Below are positions 37,362 to 45,796 of a stretch of 64,000 nucleotides of DNA, piece after piece. This DNA is from a virus (Duplodnaviria; Caudoviricetes). The translations under genes were made by a program, and so were the position numbers. The notes below the pieces were generated by a model. That model was not told where the DNA came from. It did not search any database and saw nothing but the letters and a program-made list of their open reading frames with translations. The stretch covers positions 1-64,000 of the IMG/VR virus record IMGVR_UViG_3300011008_000049. One strand, given 5' to 3'. The stretch's first letter is position 1. Every line of letters starts with the position of its first letter.

Positions 37362-39599
37362 ATGAACGCAACTGAAAAAATCCTACTTCGCCGTAAGCAC
37401 TTTCTGATTGTCAATCCGGGTGATTCAGAGTATCAGCAGGATAAGAGTGAAAAAACTCTTGTAATTACGGCATTGAAAAATGTGCAATCTCTTGGATTCA
37501 CTTTTTCACAGGCACTTCTCGAATCACTGTTCCATTTTACGAAAACCGAGTTCAAGGCTTTTTATAAGGCGCTTATTCCTGAACTGAAGGAATTGGTTGG
37601 TGCTGATGTTACATACGAGCCGATGTACCCGAATTTTCCGGAGCAGGTCGCAAATGCAGATGATGTTGAACTTTTCATCAATGCAATCATTCACTATTGG
37701 TCTTTCGGAACTTTGATGCCGGAATATGAGAAAGATGAGCGTTTACCTCTGATTGACGATAATAAAATGACCGTTTTATCTATCGGAACGCATGAGGATT
37801 TAATGAAAATCTTCTCTAATTTGGTTGAAAGCAAAACTTCCCTTTCTATCCAGGACAAAGAGGATATTACCACTGTTGTAAAGTCTTGCACTGATTATTC
37901 TGACTATCTGCCGGACGTTATTCCTCTGAAAGAGAATGTGGCTTTTATCGGAAAACTTATTATTGAAGAAGCTCCTATCAAATCCGCAAAGGCAATTCAG
38001 AAGTATTTCAAGACTGCAACTGATGTTCTTCGTCTTGTTACCGCTCTGTCTGATGGAGATATTAGTCTTGCAACAAAGACAAAGTTTAGGAATTTGAAGC
38101 GCAGAGAACGCAGAATGATTCTTGATTTACTTGCTGGCTGCGGAAATATCACAGAAGATTTGTTCCGTTATCAGTATGAATGGATTAGAGTTGCAGAAAT
38201 TCTTCATCCCTTTGAATACAAGATTGCGAAGTATAAGAATGTAAATGCTTCTTTCAACACGCTTCGTAATGAGCATAAGCCTCTTATGTTTGGTGGTAAA
38301 GTTCAGAATGCTATTCTTGCGAAAGATATGCGTACTGCTGCTAACTTGTTAAAGACCAGACCTGGCGAATTTGCGAGACAACTTGATAAGGTTATCCGCG
38401 ACTCTGACAATGTGAACTATGTTCTGAACTGTTTCAAAGAAATTGCGGTAGAGATTTCGACTCCGGTACTCCTTCAGGTAAGACAGCATTTCATTGGTCG
38501 TATGGCTGATGAGAAAGCACCTATCAGAGTATTCTTCCCCAAGGGCAATCTTGCAAGAGCAACATCTATCAAGAATGAACTTCCGGAAATTCCCATGAAT
38601 GTTTGTAAGAACGTTGCAAGGATTTGCAGAGATGCACTTATTGAGCAGTACAGAAATAAAGATTTCATCGGAAATGTTTATATTGATGATGAGTTAAAGA
38701 ATTATCTCGTACCGTTCAGCCAGAGAAGCGCAAGCAAAGCCGTTAAGACTATTGTTCGTGGTAGCCAGCTCCCTATTTCCAACGATGCAAAAGCAATCAG
38801 AGGATTTATTTGGTGGACTAACACCGACAAGGGAAAGGGTTATTATTATGATGACGGTAGAGTTGACATTGACCTTTCAGCAGCAATTTATGATGAGAAT
38901 TGGAGATATGTTGAACACGTTTCATATACAAATATCCGCTCTCATAAGTACAGAGCATATCACTCTGGTGATATTACCAACGGTGGAAGTGTAAACGGAA
39001 AAGGCGTTGCCGAATTCCTTGATGTTGACATTGATGCTGTTGCCAGAAACGCAGGTAGATATATCGTCTATCAGGTTTACAATTATACCAGTCAGAAATT
39101 CTCTGAACTTCCTAATTGCCGTTTCGGTTGGATGGAAAGAGCGGATGTTGACAGTGGAGAAATCTTTGAACCTACCACGGTAGAAATGAAGATGGATTTG
39201 ACCGCCGAAGGAACTACCGCTATCCCTGTAATCTTTGATTGTGTAGAGCGTAAATTCATCTGGTGTGATATGAACCTTGGCATTGAGCGTTCTTATTATG
39301 GTGGCAATAACCTTGAAAGCAATTTTTCCGGCGTAACTGCGACCTGCTATGCAATGACTCACTTGAACAAGCCAAACATCTATGACCTTGTTATGCTGAA
39401 TGCGGTTGCAAGAGGCAATGTCGTAACCGACAGAAACAATGCCGACATCATTTTCAGTAATGATACGACAGTTCCTTATGAGATTGTAACCGAAATTGAT
39501 GAAATTACCGGTACTGAAAAGAGAGCAATTAAAGAAAAGACCGATGTTCCGATTATCACAGCGTTTGATACGGACTACTTTATGGGACAACTCCTTTAA
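37362..39599 (+). CDS. large helical protein with C-terminal TerD-like domain; candidate Ro60/TROVE-like RNA-binding protein
   Basis: TerD-like VDIDLSA..YTN..HSGDIT..AEFLDVD; helical N-region with TATDVLRL and RPGEFARQLD; flanked by Y-like RNAs. Confidence 0.6.
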   Translation: MNATEKILLRRKHFLIVNPGDSEYQQDKSEKTLVITALKNVQSLGFTFSQALLESLFHFTKTEFKAFYKALIPELKELVGADVTYEPMYPNFPEQVANADDVELFINAIIHYWSFGTLMPEYEKDERLPLIDDNKMTVLSIGTHEDLMKIFSNLVESKTSLSIQDKEDITTVVKSCTDYSDYLPDVIPLKENVAFIGKLIIEEAPIKSAKAIQKYFKTATDVLRLVTALSDGDISLATKTKFRNLKRRERRMILDLLAGCGNITEDLFRYQYEWIRVAEILHPFEYKIAKYKNVNASFNTLRNEHKPLMFGGKVQNAILAKDMRTAANLLKTRPGEFARQLDKVIRDSDNVNYVLNCFKEIAVEISTPVLLQVRQHFIGRMADEKAPIRVFFPKGNLARATSIKNELPEIPMNVCKNVARICRDALIEQYRNKDFIGNVYIDDELKNYLVPFSQRSASKAVKTIVRGSQLPISNDAKAIRGFIWWTNTDKGKGYYYDDGRVDIDLSAAIYDENWRYVEHVSYTNIRSHKYRAYHSGDITNGGSVNGKGVAEFLDVDIDAVARNAGRYIVYQVYNYTSQKFSELPNCRFGWMERADVDSGEIFEPTTVEMKMDLTAEGTTAIPVIFDCVERKFIWCDMNLGIERSYYGGNNLESNFSGVTATCYAMTHLNKPNIYDLVMLNAVARGNVVTDRNNADIIFSNDTTVPYEIVTEIDEITGTEKRAIKEKTDVPIITAFDTDYFMGQLL

Positions 39600-39609
39600 T
39601 TGATTGTTA

Positions 39610-39676
39610 TTGCGGCTATGGATTCCCTTCCTTCTAATAATAATATGGGATTATAAAGGGAATCCGATTTCCGCAA
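39610..39676 (+). ncRNA. Y-RNA-like element 3
   Basis: TTGCGGCTAT-GGATTCCC-TTCCTTCT...GGGAATCC-GATTTCCGCAA. Confidence 0.7.
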
Positions 39677-39687
39677 ACCGACATTTT

Positions 39688-39758
39688 GCGGCTGAAATAC
39701 TCATCCTTCTTTTACATAAAAACTTGAAATTTTTTAATTCAGAGTATTTAATTTCCGC
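39688..39758 (+). ncRNA. Y-RNA-like element 4
   Basis: GCGGCTG-AAATACTC-ATCCTTCT...GAGTATTT-AATTTCCGC. Confidence 0.7.
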
Positions 39759-39774
39759 GATTTTCCTTTTCTTG

Positions 39775-39853
39775 CGGCTATTGTTTCTCATCCTTCTATG
39801 GCTGGTTACAGCACTTTACTGGTAATAAAGAGATTTAGAGAAACGCATTTCCG
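39775..39853 (+). ncRNA. Y-RNA-like element 5
   Basis: CGGCTATT-GTTTCTC-ATCCTTCT...GAGAAAC-GCATTTCCG. Confidence 0.7.
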
Positions 39854-39881
39854 ACATTATTTTAGAAATGAGATAAGTAGA

Positions 39882-41135
39882 TTGTCAAAAGTATTTGAAA
39901 TTATTGAAAAAGAAAAGGCAAGGCAGGACAAAACATTTGAATTGATTGCAAGTGAAAACTTTGTAAGTGAAAATGTATTAAAAGCGGTTGGCTCTTGCCT
40001 TACAAACAAGTATTCTGAAGGTTATCCAAAGAACAGAATTTCCGGCAATAAAGGAAGATATTATGGTGGTTGTCACTTTGTTGATGAACTTGAAGAATAT
40101 TGTTGTGAAAAATGGAAAGAAGTATTTAACACAGATTATCATGTAAATGTTCAACCTCATAGCGGTTCATCAGCGAATCTTGCAGCATATATGTCTATAT
40201 TGGAGCAAGGAGATACAATTCTCGCCATGAACCTCAACAATGGCGGACATCTTACTCATGGCTCTCCTGTTAATTTTTCCGGAAAACTTTTTAACATGGT
40301 TTTTTATGATGTTGATTGCAATGGCTATATAGATTATTCCGATATGGAAGATAAAATATATAGATACCGTCCGAAACTTATTCTTGCAGGAGCAAGCGCA
40401 TATTCAAGAATTATTGATTTTGAAAGAATCAGAAAAATAATTGATGATGTTCTAATTTGCATTGCTCATGAGACGGTGGAACGACAAATATTCGATTATG
40501 ATGGAAATTTGATTTCGGAGTTGCCAGAACAATATAATCCGCTGTTTATGGTCGATATGGCGCATATTGCCGGGTTGGTTGCAGCAAATATTCATCCTTC
40601 TCCTTTCGGTGTTGCAGATATTATTACTACAACTACTCATAAAACATTGAGAGGGACACGAGGCGGCTTAATTTTCTGTAAGCCAGAATTGGCAAATAAG
40701 ATAGATAGTGCAGTATTCCCTTGTTGCCAGGGTGGGGCGTTACAACACGTTATCGCAGGAAAAGCAGTTACAGCGGAAGAAGATTGCACAGAGGAATTCA
40801 AACAGTATATCGTTAATGTTGTAAATAATTGTAAAGCAATGTGCAATGAGTTTATTACATTAGGATATGATGTTGTAACTGGTGGAACAGATAATCATTT
40901 ATTTCTGATTGATTTTTCAAGAACGCATCCACATCTCACTGGAAAAATGGTTCAGGATGAACTTGATAAACACGATATTTCATTAAATAAGAATTGTGTT
41001 CCGGGAGAAAAGAGAAAACCATCAGAAACAAGTGGTGTTCGTATCGGTACGGCTGCAATGACCACAAAAGGATGCACCGAAAAAGATTTTGTAGAAGTTG
41101 CAAGGCGAATTGATAGTATTATAAAAACAATGTAA
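39882..41135 (+). CDS. glyA: serine hydroxymethyltransferase
   Basis: LIASENF, NKYSEGYP, NVQPHSG, GGHLTHG, DMAHIAGL, TTTHKTLRG; start moved to TTG 39882. Confidence 0.95.
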   Translation: MSKVFEIIEKEKARQDKTFELIASENFVSENVLKAVGSCLTNKYSEGYPKNRISGNKGRYYGGCHFVDELEEYCCEKWKEVFNTDYHVNVQPHSGSSANLAAYMSILEQGDTILAMNLNNGGHLTHGSPVNFSGKLFNMVFYDVDCNGYIDYSDMEDKIYRYRPKLILAGASAYSRIIDFERIRKIIDDVLICIAHETVERQIFDYDGNLISELPEQYNPLFMVDMAHIAGLVAANIHPSPFGVADIITTTTHKTLRGTRGGLIFCKPELANKIDSAVFPCCQGGALQHVIAGKAVTAEEDCTEEFKQYIVNVVNNCKAMCNEFITLGYDVVTGGTDNHLFLIDFSRTHPHLTGKMVQDELDKHDISLNKNCVPGEKRKPSETSGVRIGTAAMTTKGCTEKDFVEVARRIDSIIKTM

Positions 41136-41142
41136 TAATCAT

Positions 41143-41271
41143 GCGGCTGGATGATACCATCCTTCTAATGTAATGGGAACTATGTGTCGTTGGTTCGAGT
41201 CCAACCGTCCCGGCAATCGGGACGTGGCGCAGTTGGTAGCGCAATAGTATTTAGGGTATCGAAATTACCGC
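41143..41271 (+). ncRNA. Y-RNA-like element 6 with permuted tRNA module (YrlA-type)
   Basis: Same terminal stem motif enclosing T-arm GTTGG-TTCGAGT-CCAAC, loop-closed acceptor stem, then D-arm GCGC-AGTTGGTA-GCGC. Confidence 0.8.
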
Positions 41272-41305
41272 TTAAAAATAAATATAAATATTTTTGAAGA
41301 ACCTC

Positions 41306-41334
41306 TTGACATATTTATAAAAGTGTGATATAAT
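41306..41334 (+). promoter_or_regulatory. sigmaA promoter
   Basis: TTGACA-N17-TATAAT; nearly identical to promoter at 63852. Confidence 0.8.
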
Positions 41335-41361
41335 GACCATGTAATCGAAAAGGATATATGC

Positions 41362-41437
41362 GCGGCTGGAAATGCTCATCCTTCTATCAAGGAACAAACT
41401 TTTAATTTGTCAATCTAATAGAGCATAAAATTTCCGC
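41362..41437 (+). ncRNA. Y-RNA-like element 7
   Basis: GCGGCTGGAA-ATGCTC-ATCCTTCT...GAGCAT-AAAATTTCCGC. Confidence 0.7.
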
Positions 41438-41448
41438 ATTACATATCT

Positions 41449-41587
41449 GTCGGCTGGTTGGATTCATCCTTCTATTTACATAATGCCAAACCGCCAATCG
41501 TGGGTTCAAATCCCACCTTCTTACGGAGTAAGATGTAGCCAAGTGGATAAGGCAGCGGTCTATTAAAGAGAATCCAAAATTACCGAC
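41449..41587 (+). ncRNA. Y-RNA-like element 8 with permuted tRNA module (YrlA-type)
   Basis: GTCGGCTGG-TTGGATTC-ATCCTTCT; ACCGC..GTGGG-TTCAAAT-CCCAC, closed acceptor stem, TAGCCAAGTGGATAAGGCA-GCGGT; GAATCCAA-AATTACCGAC. Confidence 0.8.
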
Positions 41588-41642
41588 TTTATATTATTCG
41601 ATTATAAATAAGACGGAGAAAAACCGTGACGGAGGTTTAACG

Positions 41643-42416
41643 ATGGCAAACAAGATTACGAGACAGGCTTCAAACGAAAAAGAAAAGATGTTCCTCGAAA
41701 GGTTCAATTCTCTTTGCTACACCAGAAGCAGTTGGCAAGTTTGGTCTGATTTCATAACTGCCGCCGCTATTGCTATTGCAAATTCAACGGAACAGAACCC
41801 GAAGATACATGAAGAAAGAGAAAAAGAATTCTCAAAATGTATTGAACGGCTCGGCGGTCAGGATATTCCGGCTGAAATGCTCGGAATAATTACGATGGCT
41901 CTCGAAGAAAATTCAGAACAAGATTTCCTTGGGAACATCTTTATGAAGCTCGAACTTGGAAGCCATTGGCATGGTCAGTTCTTTACACCGTATAACATTT
42001 GCGAGTTAATGGCTGAAATCAATTCTGATAATTTGAAACAGCAGATTGAAGATAAAGGATGGATTTCAGTAAATGATTGTGCTTGCGGTGCTGGTGCAAC
42101 ACTTATCGCGGCAGCGAATGTATTCAGAAAACACGATGTTAATTTTCAAGACCATGCTTTATTTGTAGCACAGGATGTTGATAGAATTGCTGGAATGATG
42201 TGTTTCATCCAATTATCATTAATCGGATGTTCTGGCTATGTTGTAATAGCAAATTCTTTAACAAGCCCTCTCACCGGCAACAGTGCTTTGTTTCCGGAAG
42301 AAAAAGAAGAACAAGAATTCTGGTACACGCCGATGTGGTTTTCAGATGTTTGGAATATGAGACGTGCTTGGAATCTAATGGATTTAATGTTTAGGAAAAT
42401 GTCAAATGAATTATAA
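41643..42416 (+). CDS. N6-adenine methyltransferase-like protein (no obvious NPPY)
   Basis: GQFFTPY and DCACGAG SAM-binding motif. Confidence 0.7.
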   Translation: MANKITRQASNEKEKMFLERFNSLCYTRSSWQVWSDFITAAAIAIANSTEQNPKIHEEREKEFSKCIERLGGQDIPAEMLGIITMALEENSEQDFLGNIFMKLELGSHWHGQFFTPYNICELMAEINSDNLKQQIEDKGWISVNDCACGAGATLIAAANVFRKHDVNFQDHALFVAQDVDRIAGMMCFIQLSLIGCSGYVVIANSLTSPLTGNSALFPEEKEEQEFWYTPMWFSDVWNMRRAWNLMDLMFRKMSNEL

Positions 42417-42591
42417 GTTTATTTGTCCGAAATGCGGTAAGCAGGTCACTGTATCAATGCCAATTACAGAATATAAACCAGATGGTCATTACTGTGAATG
42501 TGGCGAAGAATTAAAACGAGATACGAATGATTTCTGCACATATAGTCCGAGAAATATAGAAGGATTTTTCGGAACTTCTAAAAAATCATAA
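42406..42591 (+). CDS. FmdB-like zinc-ribbon protein
   Basis: YKFICPKCG...CECG. Confidence 0.65.
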   Translation: MNYKFICPKCGKQVTVSMPITEYKPDGHYCECGEELKRDTNDFCTYSPRNIEGFFGTSKKS

Positions 42592-42746
42592 ATAACGACT
42601 TTCACAAAGCCTAACCGATACACTTTATATCATGTAGTTCTCCTTTCTGTTGTTCGTTTTGTTGTTGCTCATTTACTTATTTTAATCGGTTAAAACTGCA
42701 AATGCAGAGTGCAAAGTTTATTCGATAAAGGTCTTTGCACATATAT

Positions 42747-42831
42747 GCTGGCGTGGTGGAATTGGCAGACACGCAAGATTAAGGTTCTTGTTCCGTAAGG
42801 AGTGCAGGTTCAAGTCCTGTTGCCAGCACCA
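42747..42831 (+). tRNA. tRNA-Leu(AAG)
   Basis: Leu-type D-loop and variable arm; loop TTAAGGT. Confidence 0.88.
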
Positions 42832-42835
42832 TTAT

Positions 42836-42922
42836 GCGGGAGTGACGGAATTGGCAGACGTAGCGGACTTAAAATCCGCTGGTAGCAATACCGTGTGGGT
42901 TCAAGTCCCATCTCCCGCACCA
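42836..42922 (+). tRNA. tRNA-Leu(TAA)
   Basis: Loop CTTAAAA, CCA end. Confidence 0.93.
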
Positions 42923-42926
42923 ATAT

Positions 42927-43001
42927 ACTGCATTAGCTCAACGGTTAGAGCAATCGCCTTATAAGCGATAGACATTAGTTCGACTCTACTATGCAGTACC
43001 A
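42927..43001 (+). tRNA. tRNA-Ile(TAT)
   Basis: Loop CTTATAA, CCA end. Confidence 0.85.
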
Positions 43002-43083
43002 ACGGCGACTTTCTTAAAAGTTAGTTCTTTAAGCCGGAAAAATCAAAGTAAACTACGCTTGACATTCGGAGAGACGATAATAC

Positions 43084-43173
43084 GGTGAGGTGGCAGAGTC
43101 CGGCTTATTGCACCAGTCTTGAAAACTGGCGGCGGGAAACCGTCCCTGGGTTCAAATCCCAGCCTCACCGCCA
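43084..43173 (+). tRNA. tRNA-Ser(TGA)
   Basis: Loop CTTGAAA, long variable arm. Confidence 0.92.
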
Positions 43174-43319
43174 TAAGATTGCCGATGATACGAATATAGG
43201 CGGTGCAAATTGCTCATAAGTGTGAATCTCGCAAAGTCATCGTTAGCGACCTCCGTGGATGCTGCTCCTATGGCTGATGGCATCTATCGGCAATCGAAAT
43301 TATATTGCTGGAGGAAACA

Positions 43320-43589
43320 ATGTTTAGAAATGTTGTGGTTGGGAAACCTCTTGTGGATGTAAGAATGTTGTTATCGGAAGATGAGGAAGATTGGGAAAGA
43401 AATGAGAAAAAAGATACTCTTTTTACTGAAACAAGATTCCTTCCGGCAATATTAAAGGAAGCAGGTGTTGTTTCGTCAACCGGAGAAATAAGAAGAAACA
43501 AACCTGACCTTGTAATAAATTTGGATAAACCAGATTGTCTATGGGTTAAATGGGGCAAGAAATTTATTTACATAGTTGTCGGTGAATAA
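43320..43589 (+). CDS. S4-like RNA-binding domain protein
   Basis: ILKEAGVVSSTGEIRRN...VKWGKK resembles the TyrRS C-terminal S4 domain. Confidence 0.55.
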   Translation: MFRNVVVGKPLVDVRMLLSEDEEDWERNEKKDTLFTETRFLPAILKEAGVVSSTGEIRRNKPDLVINLDKPDCLWVKWGKKFIYIVVGE

Positions 43590-43592
43590 TAT

Positions 43593-43669
43593 GCGCCATT
43601 AGTTCAGATGGATAGAACAATGGACTTCTAATCCATAGGTCGAAGGTTCAAGTCCTTCATGGCGTGCCA
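43593..43669 (+). tRNA. tRNA-Arg(TCT)
   Basis: Loop CTTCTAA, CCA end. Confidence 0.92.
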
Positions 43670-43673
43670 ATAT

Positions 43674-43758
43674 GCTGGTATGACGGAATCGGCAGACGTG
43701 ACAGACTCAAAATCTGTTGCCGAGAGGCGTGTGAGTTCAAGTCTCACTACCAGTACCA
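43674..43758 (+). tRNA. tRNA-Leu(CAA)
   Basis: Loop CTCAAAA, CCA end. Confidence 0.92.
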
Positions 43759-43759
43759 T

Positions 43760-43835
43760 TGCGGGATAGAGAAGCGGTCATCTCACGACCCTCATAAGGT
43801 CGGAATCGTGGGTTCGAGTCCCACTCCCGCAACCA
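43760..43835 (+). tRNA. tRNA-Met(CAT), initiator-like body
   Basis: Loop CTCATAA; fMet-like acceptor/D arm but no GGG/CCC anticodon stem. Confidence 0.85.
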
Positions 43836-43838
43836 AAT

Positions 43839-43915
43839 CTGGATGTAGTTCAGTTTGGTAGAACGCTGCATTTGGGATGCAGAGGTCGCAGGTTCGAGTC
43901 CTGTCATCCAGACCA
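43839..43915 (+). tRNA. tRNA-Pro(TGG)
   Basis: Loop TTTGGGA, CCA end. Confidence 0.93.
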
Positions 43916-43940
43916 TTATTAAACGAAAGGAATACTACAA

Positions 43941-44753
43941 ATGAAGTACGATGCACTTGGTCAGAGAATGAAAAAGTATGAATTCATTACAAGAACACAT
44001 CTCATTCCGAGAATGCCGGTGATTATTAGAATTGATGGTAAGGCGTTTCATACTTTTACGAGAGGGTTTAAGAAACCATTTGATGAAATTCTTGTAAAGA
44101 CCATGCAGGAAACAATGAAATATTTGTGTGAAAACATTCAAGGTTGTGTTCTTGGATATACGCAGTCTGATGAAATCACGTTGGTTCTTGTTGATTACAA
44201 GAAATTAGACTCATGCTCATGGTTCGATTACAACATTCAAAAGTGTGCGAGTGTTGCGGCAAGTATGGCTACAATGGCATTTAACAGGGAATTCGCACAT
44301 CAGGTCAGACGATATAAGGAAGAACGGATTAAAGATAAAACACATATATGGAATAGTTATAAAGACAATTATTATGCAACCATATATAACGCCATTAGTA
44401 AGGGAGCTATGTTCGATGCTCGTTGTTTCAATATTCCAAAGGAAGAAGTTTGTAATAACATTCTTTGGAGACAAAATGATGCAACAAGAAATTCAATAGA
44501 AATGGTTGGTCATGCGAATTTTTCACAATCGCAACTTCACAAAAAGAGTTGTAATGATATTCAGGATATGTTGATGTTGGAACGTGGAATCAATTGGAAC
44601 AATTTCCCGACACATCTGAAACGTGGTAGTTGTTGTATTCGTGAGGAATCAGATGAATCTGGCAGAACAAGATGGGTTGTTGATACTGAAATTCCGATTT
44701 TCAAAGGAGACGGAAGAAAGTACATTGACGATTTGATTTTCATAGGAGAATAA
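43941..44753 (+). CDS. Thg1-like tRNA(His) guanylyltransferase / 3'-5' polymerase
   Basis: RIDGKAFH, YTQSDEI, FDAR, WRQ.DA.RNS. Confidence 0.9.
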   Translation: MKYDALGQRMKKYEFITRTHLIPRMPVIIRIDGKAFHTFTRGFKKPFDEILVKTMQETMKYLCENIQGCVLGYTQSDEITLVLVDYKKLDSCSWFDYNIQKCASVAASMATMAFNREFAHQVRRYKEERIKDKTHIWNSYKDNYYATIYNAISKGAMFDARCFNIPKEEVCNNILWRQNDATRNSIEMVGHANFSQSQLHKKSCNDIQDMLMLERGINWNNFPTHLKRGSCCIREESDESGRTRWVVDTEIPIFKGDGRKYIDDLIFIGE

Positions 44754-44757
44754 AGAT

Positions 44758-45012
44758 ATGAGTTACCGCAGAAGTAAAGAGCGTAATAGGAGACTTAAAA
44801 AGTTATATGAAGAAACGAAACATTCTTACGGAAGCGGAGCATGGTATGACGAAGAAAAAGGTAGATACATAAGATACTATCCATCAAGTAGCACAGGATA
44901 TACAAAATATCTCCGTAGAATATCCAACAGAAAAATCCGCAGAATGAAAGATATGTCGCTGAAAGGTTGTCAATATAAAAAAGCATTTGACTATTGGTGG
45001 ACACTGTTTTGA
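44758..45012 (+). CDS. small basic hypothetical protein
   Basis: Arg/Lys-rich 84 aa. Confidence 0.7.
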   Translation: MSYRRSKERNRRLKKLYEETKHSYGSGAWYDEEKGRYIRYYPSSSTGYTKYLRRISNRKIRRMKDMSLKGCQYKKAFDYWWTLF

Positions 45013-45020
45013 GGTGAATA

Positions 45021-45500
45021 ATGAGACGATTATTTATAATGAGAAAAGACTTACATATGAGTCCTGGTAAACTTGCGGCACAGGTTGGACACTGTTCAGA
45101 GGTCTTTTGGCTGAATTGGATTAGAGGAAATGTTGCATTAAGAAGTGTTTCTGAAAGAGAGGAAATTCAGCCAGATACAGGAGAACCGGTTAAGATTTCA
45201 GAAATTCATTATGAAATCAAAGGAAATGTTGATTACAAAATATATGAAGATTATATTTGCGGTTCTATTGTTAAAACGATATGTGAGGCAAGAAATAAAA
45301 GTCATTTATTAAAAGCAATGGATATGGCTTATGAACTTGGGCTGATTGAAGGAACTGATTTTGGGCTGATATTTGATAATTGTATGACAGAACTTATTCC
45401 AGAAGAAGCAAATGGAACTACATTGACCGGAATTTGGTTCAGACCTCTTGATGATGATATTGCACATTCTATCAGCAAGAAATATCAACTTTATAAATGA
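45021..45500 (+). CDS. peptidyl-tRNA hydrolase, Pth2 type
   Basis: RKDLHMSPGKLAAQVGH, D.C.TE..P, T..G..P. Confidence 0.8.
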   Translation: MRRLFIMRKDLHMSPGKLAAQVGHCSEVFWLNWIRGNVALRSVSEREEIQPDTGEPVKISEIHYEIKGNVDYKIYEDYICGSIVKTICEARNKSHLLKAMDMAYELGLIEGTDFGLIFDNCMTELIPEEANGTTLTGIWFRPLDDDIAHSISKKYQLYK

Positions 45501-45796
45501 TGATAGAGGTTAAAAAGTTTATAGACCATTTTCATAATATCAGCAAAACGGATGATTTGACGGAAGTTTTCACTTGCGGATGCTGCTATTGGTTTGCATT
45601 TGTTTTATGTAGCAGATTCAAAGAAGCAAAGATGATGTATGACCCTGTAATAAATCATTTCGTTGCAGAAATAGATAACAGGTTGTACGACATCACAGGA
45701 GATGTTACTGGAAGATACAATGTTGTACCCTGGGATGAATATGAAGATGATTTAGAAAAAGCAAGAATAATCAAGTATTGTGTTGATTTTACATAG
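45497..45796 (+). CDS. hypothetical protein (papain-like C/H/D motif)
   Basis: GCCYWFA, NHFV, YDITG. Confidence 0.6.
   Translation: MMIEVKKFIDHFHNISKTDDLTEVFTCGCCYWFAFVLCSRFKEAKMMYDPVINHFVAEIDNRLYDITGDVTGRYNVVPWDEYEDDLEKARIIKYCVDFT

Noticed and set aside
39604-39881. ORF 39604..39825 and the N-terminal extension of glyA from 39798
   Set aside because: They overlap ncRNA elements 3-5, have no RBS, and SHMT homology starts near 39882
41180-41560. T-loop/D-loop sequences as ordinary tRNA genes
   Set aside because: Arms are in reversed order with no anticodon loop or CCA end
37166-41587. Repeats as a CRISPR array or simple terminators
   Set aside because: Units are not identical direct repeats with spacers, their stems covary, they lack U-tails, and no cas genes are present
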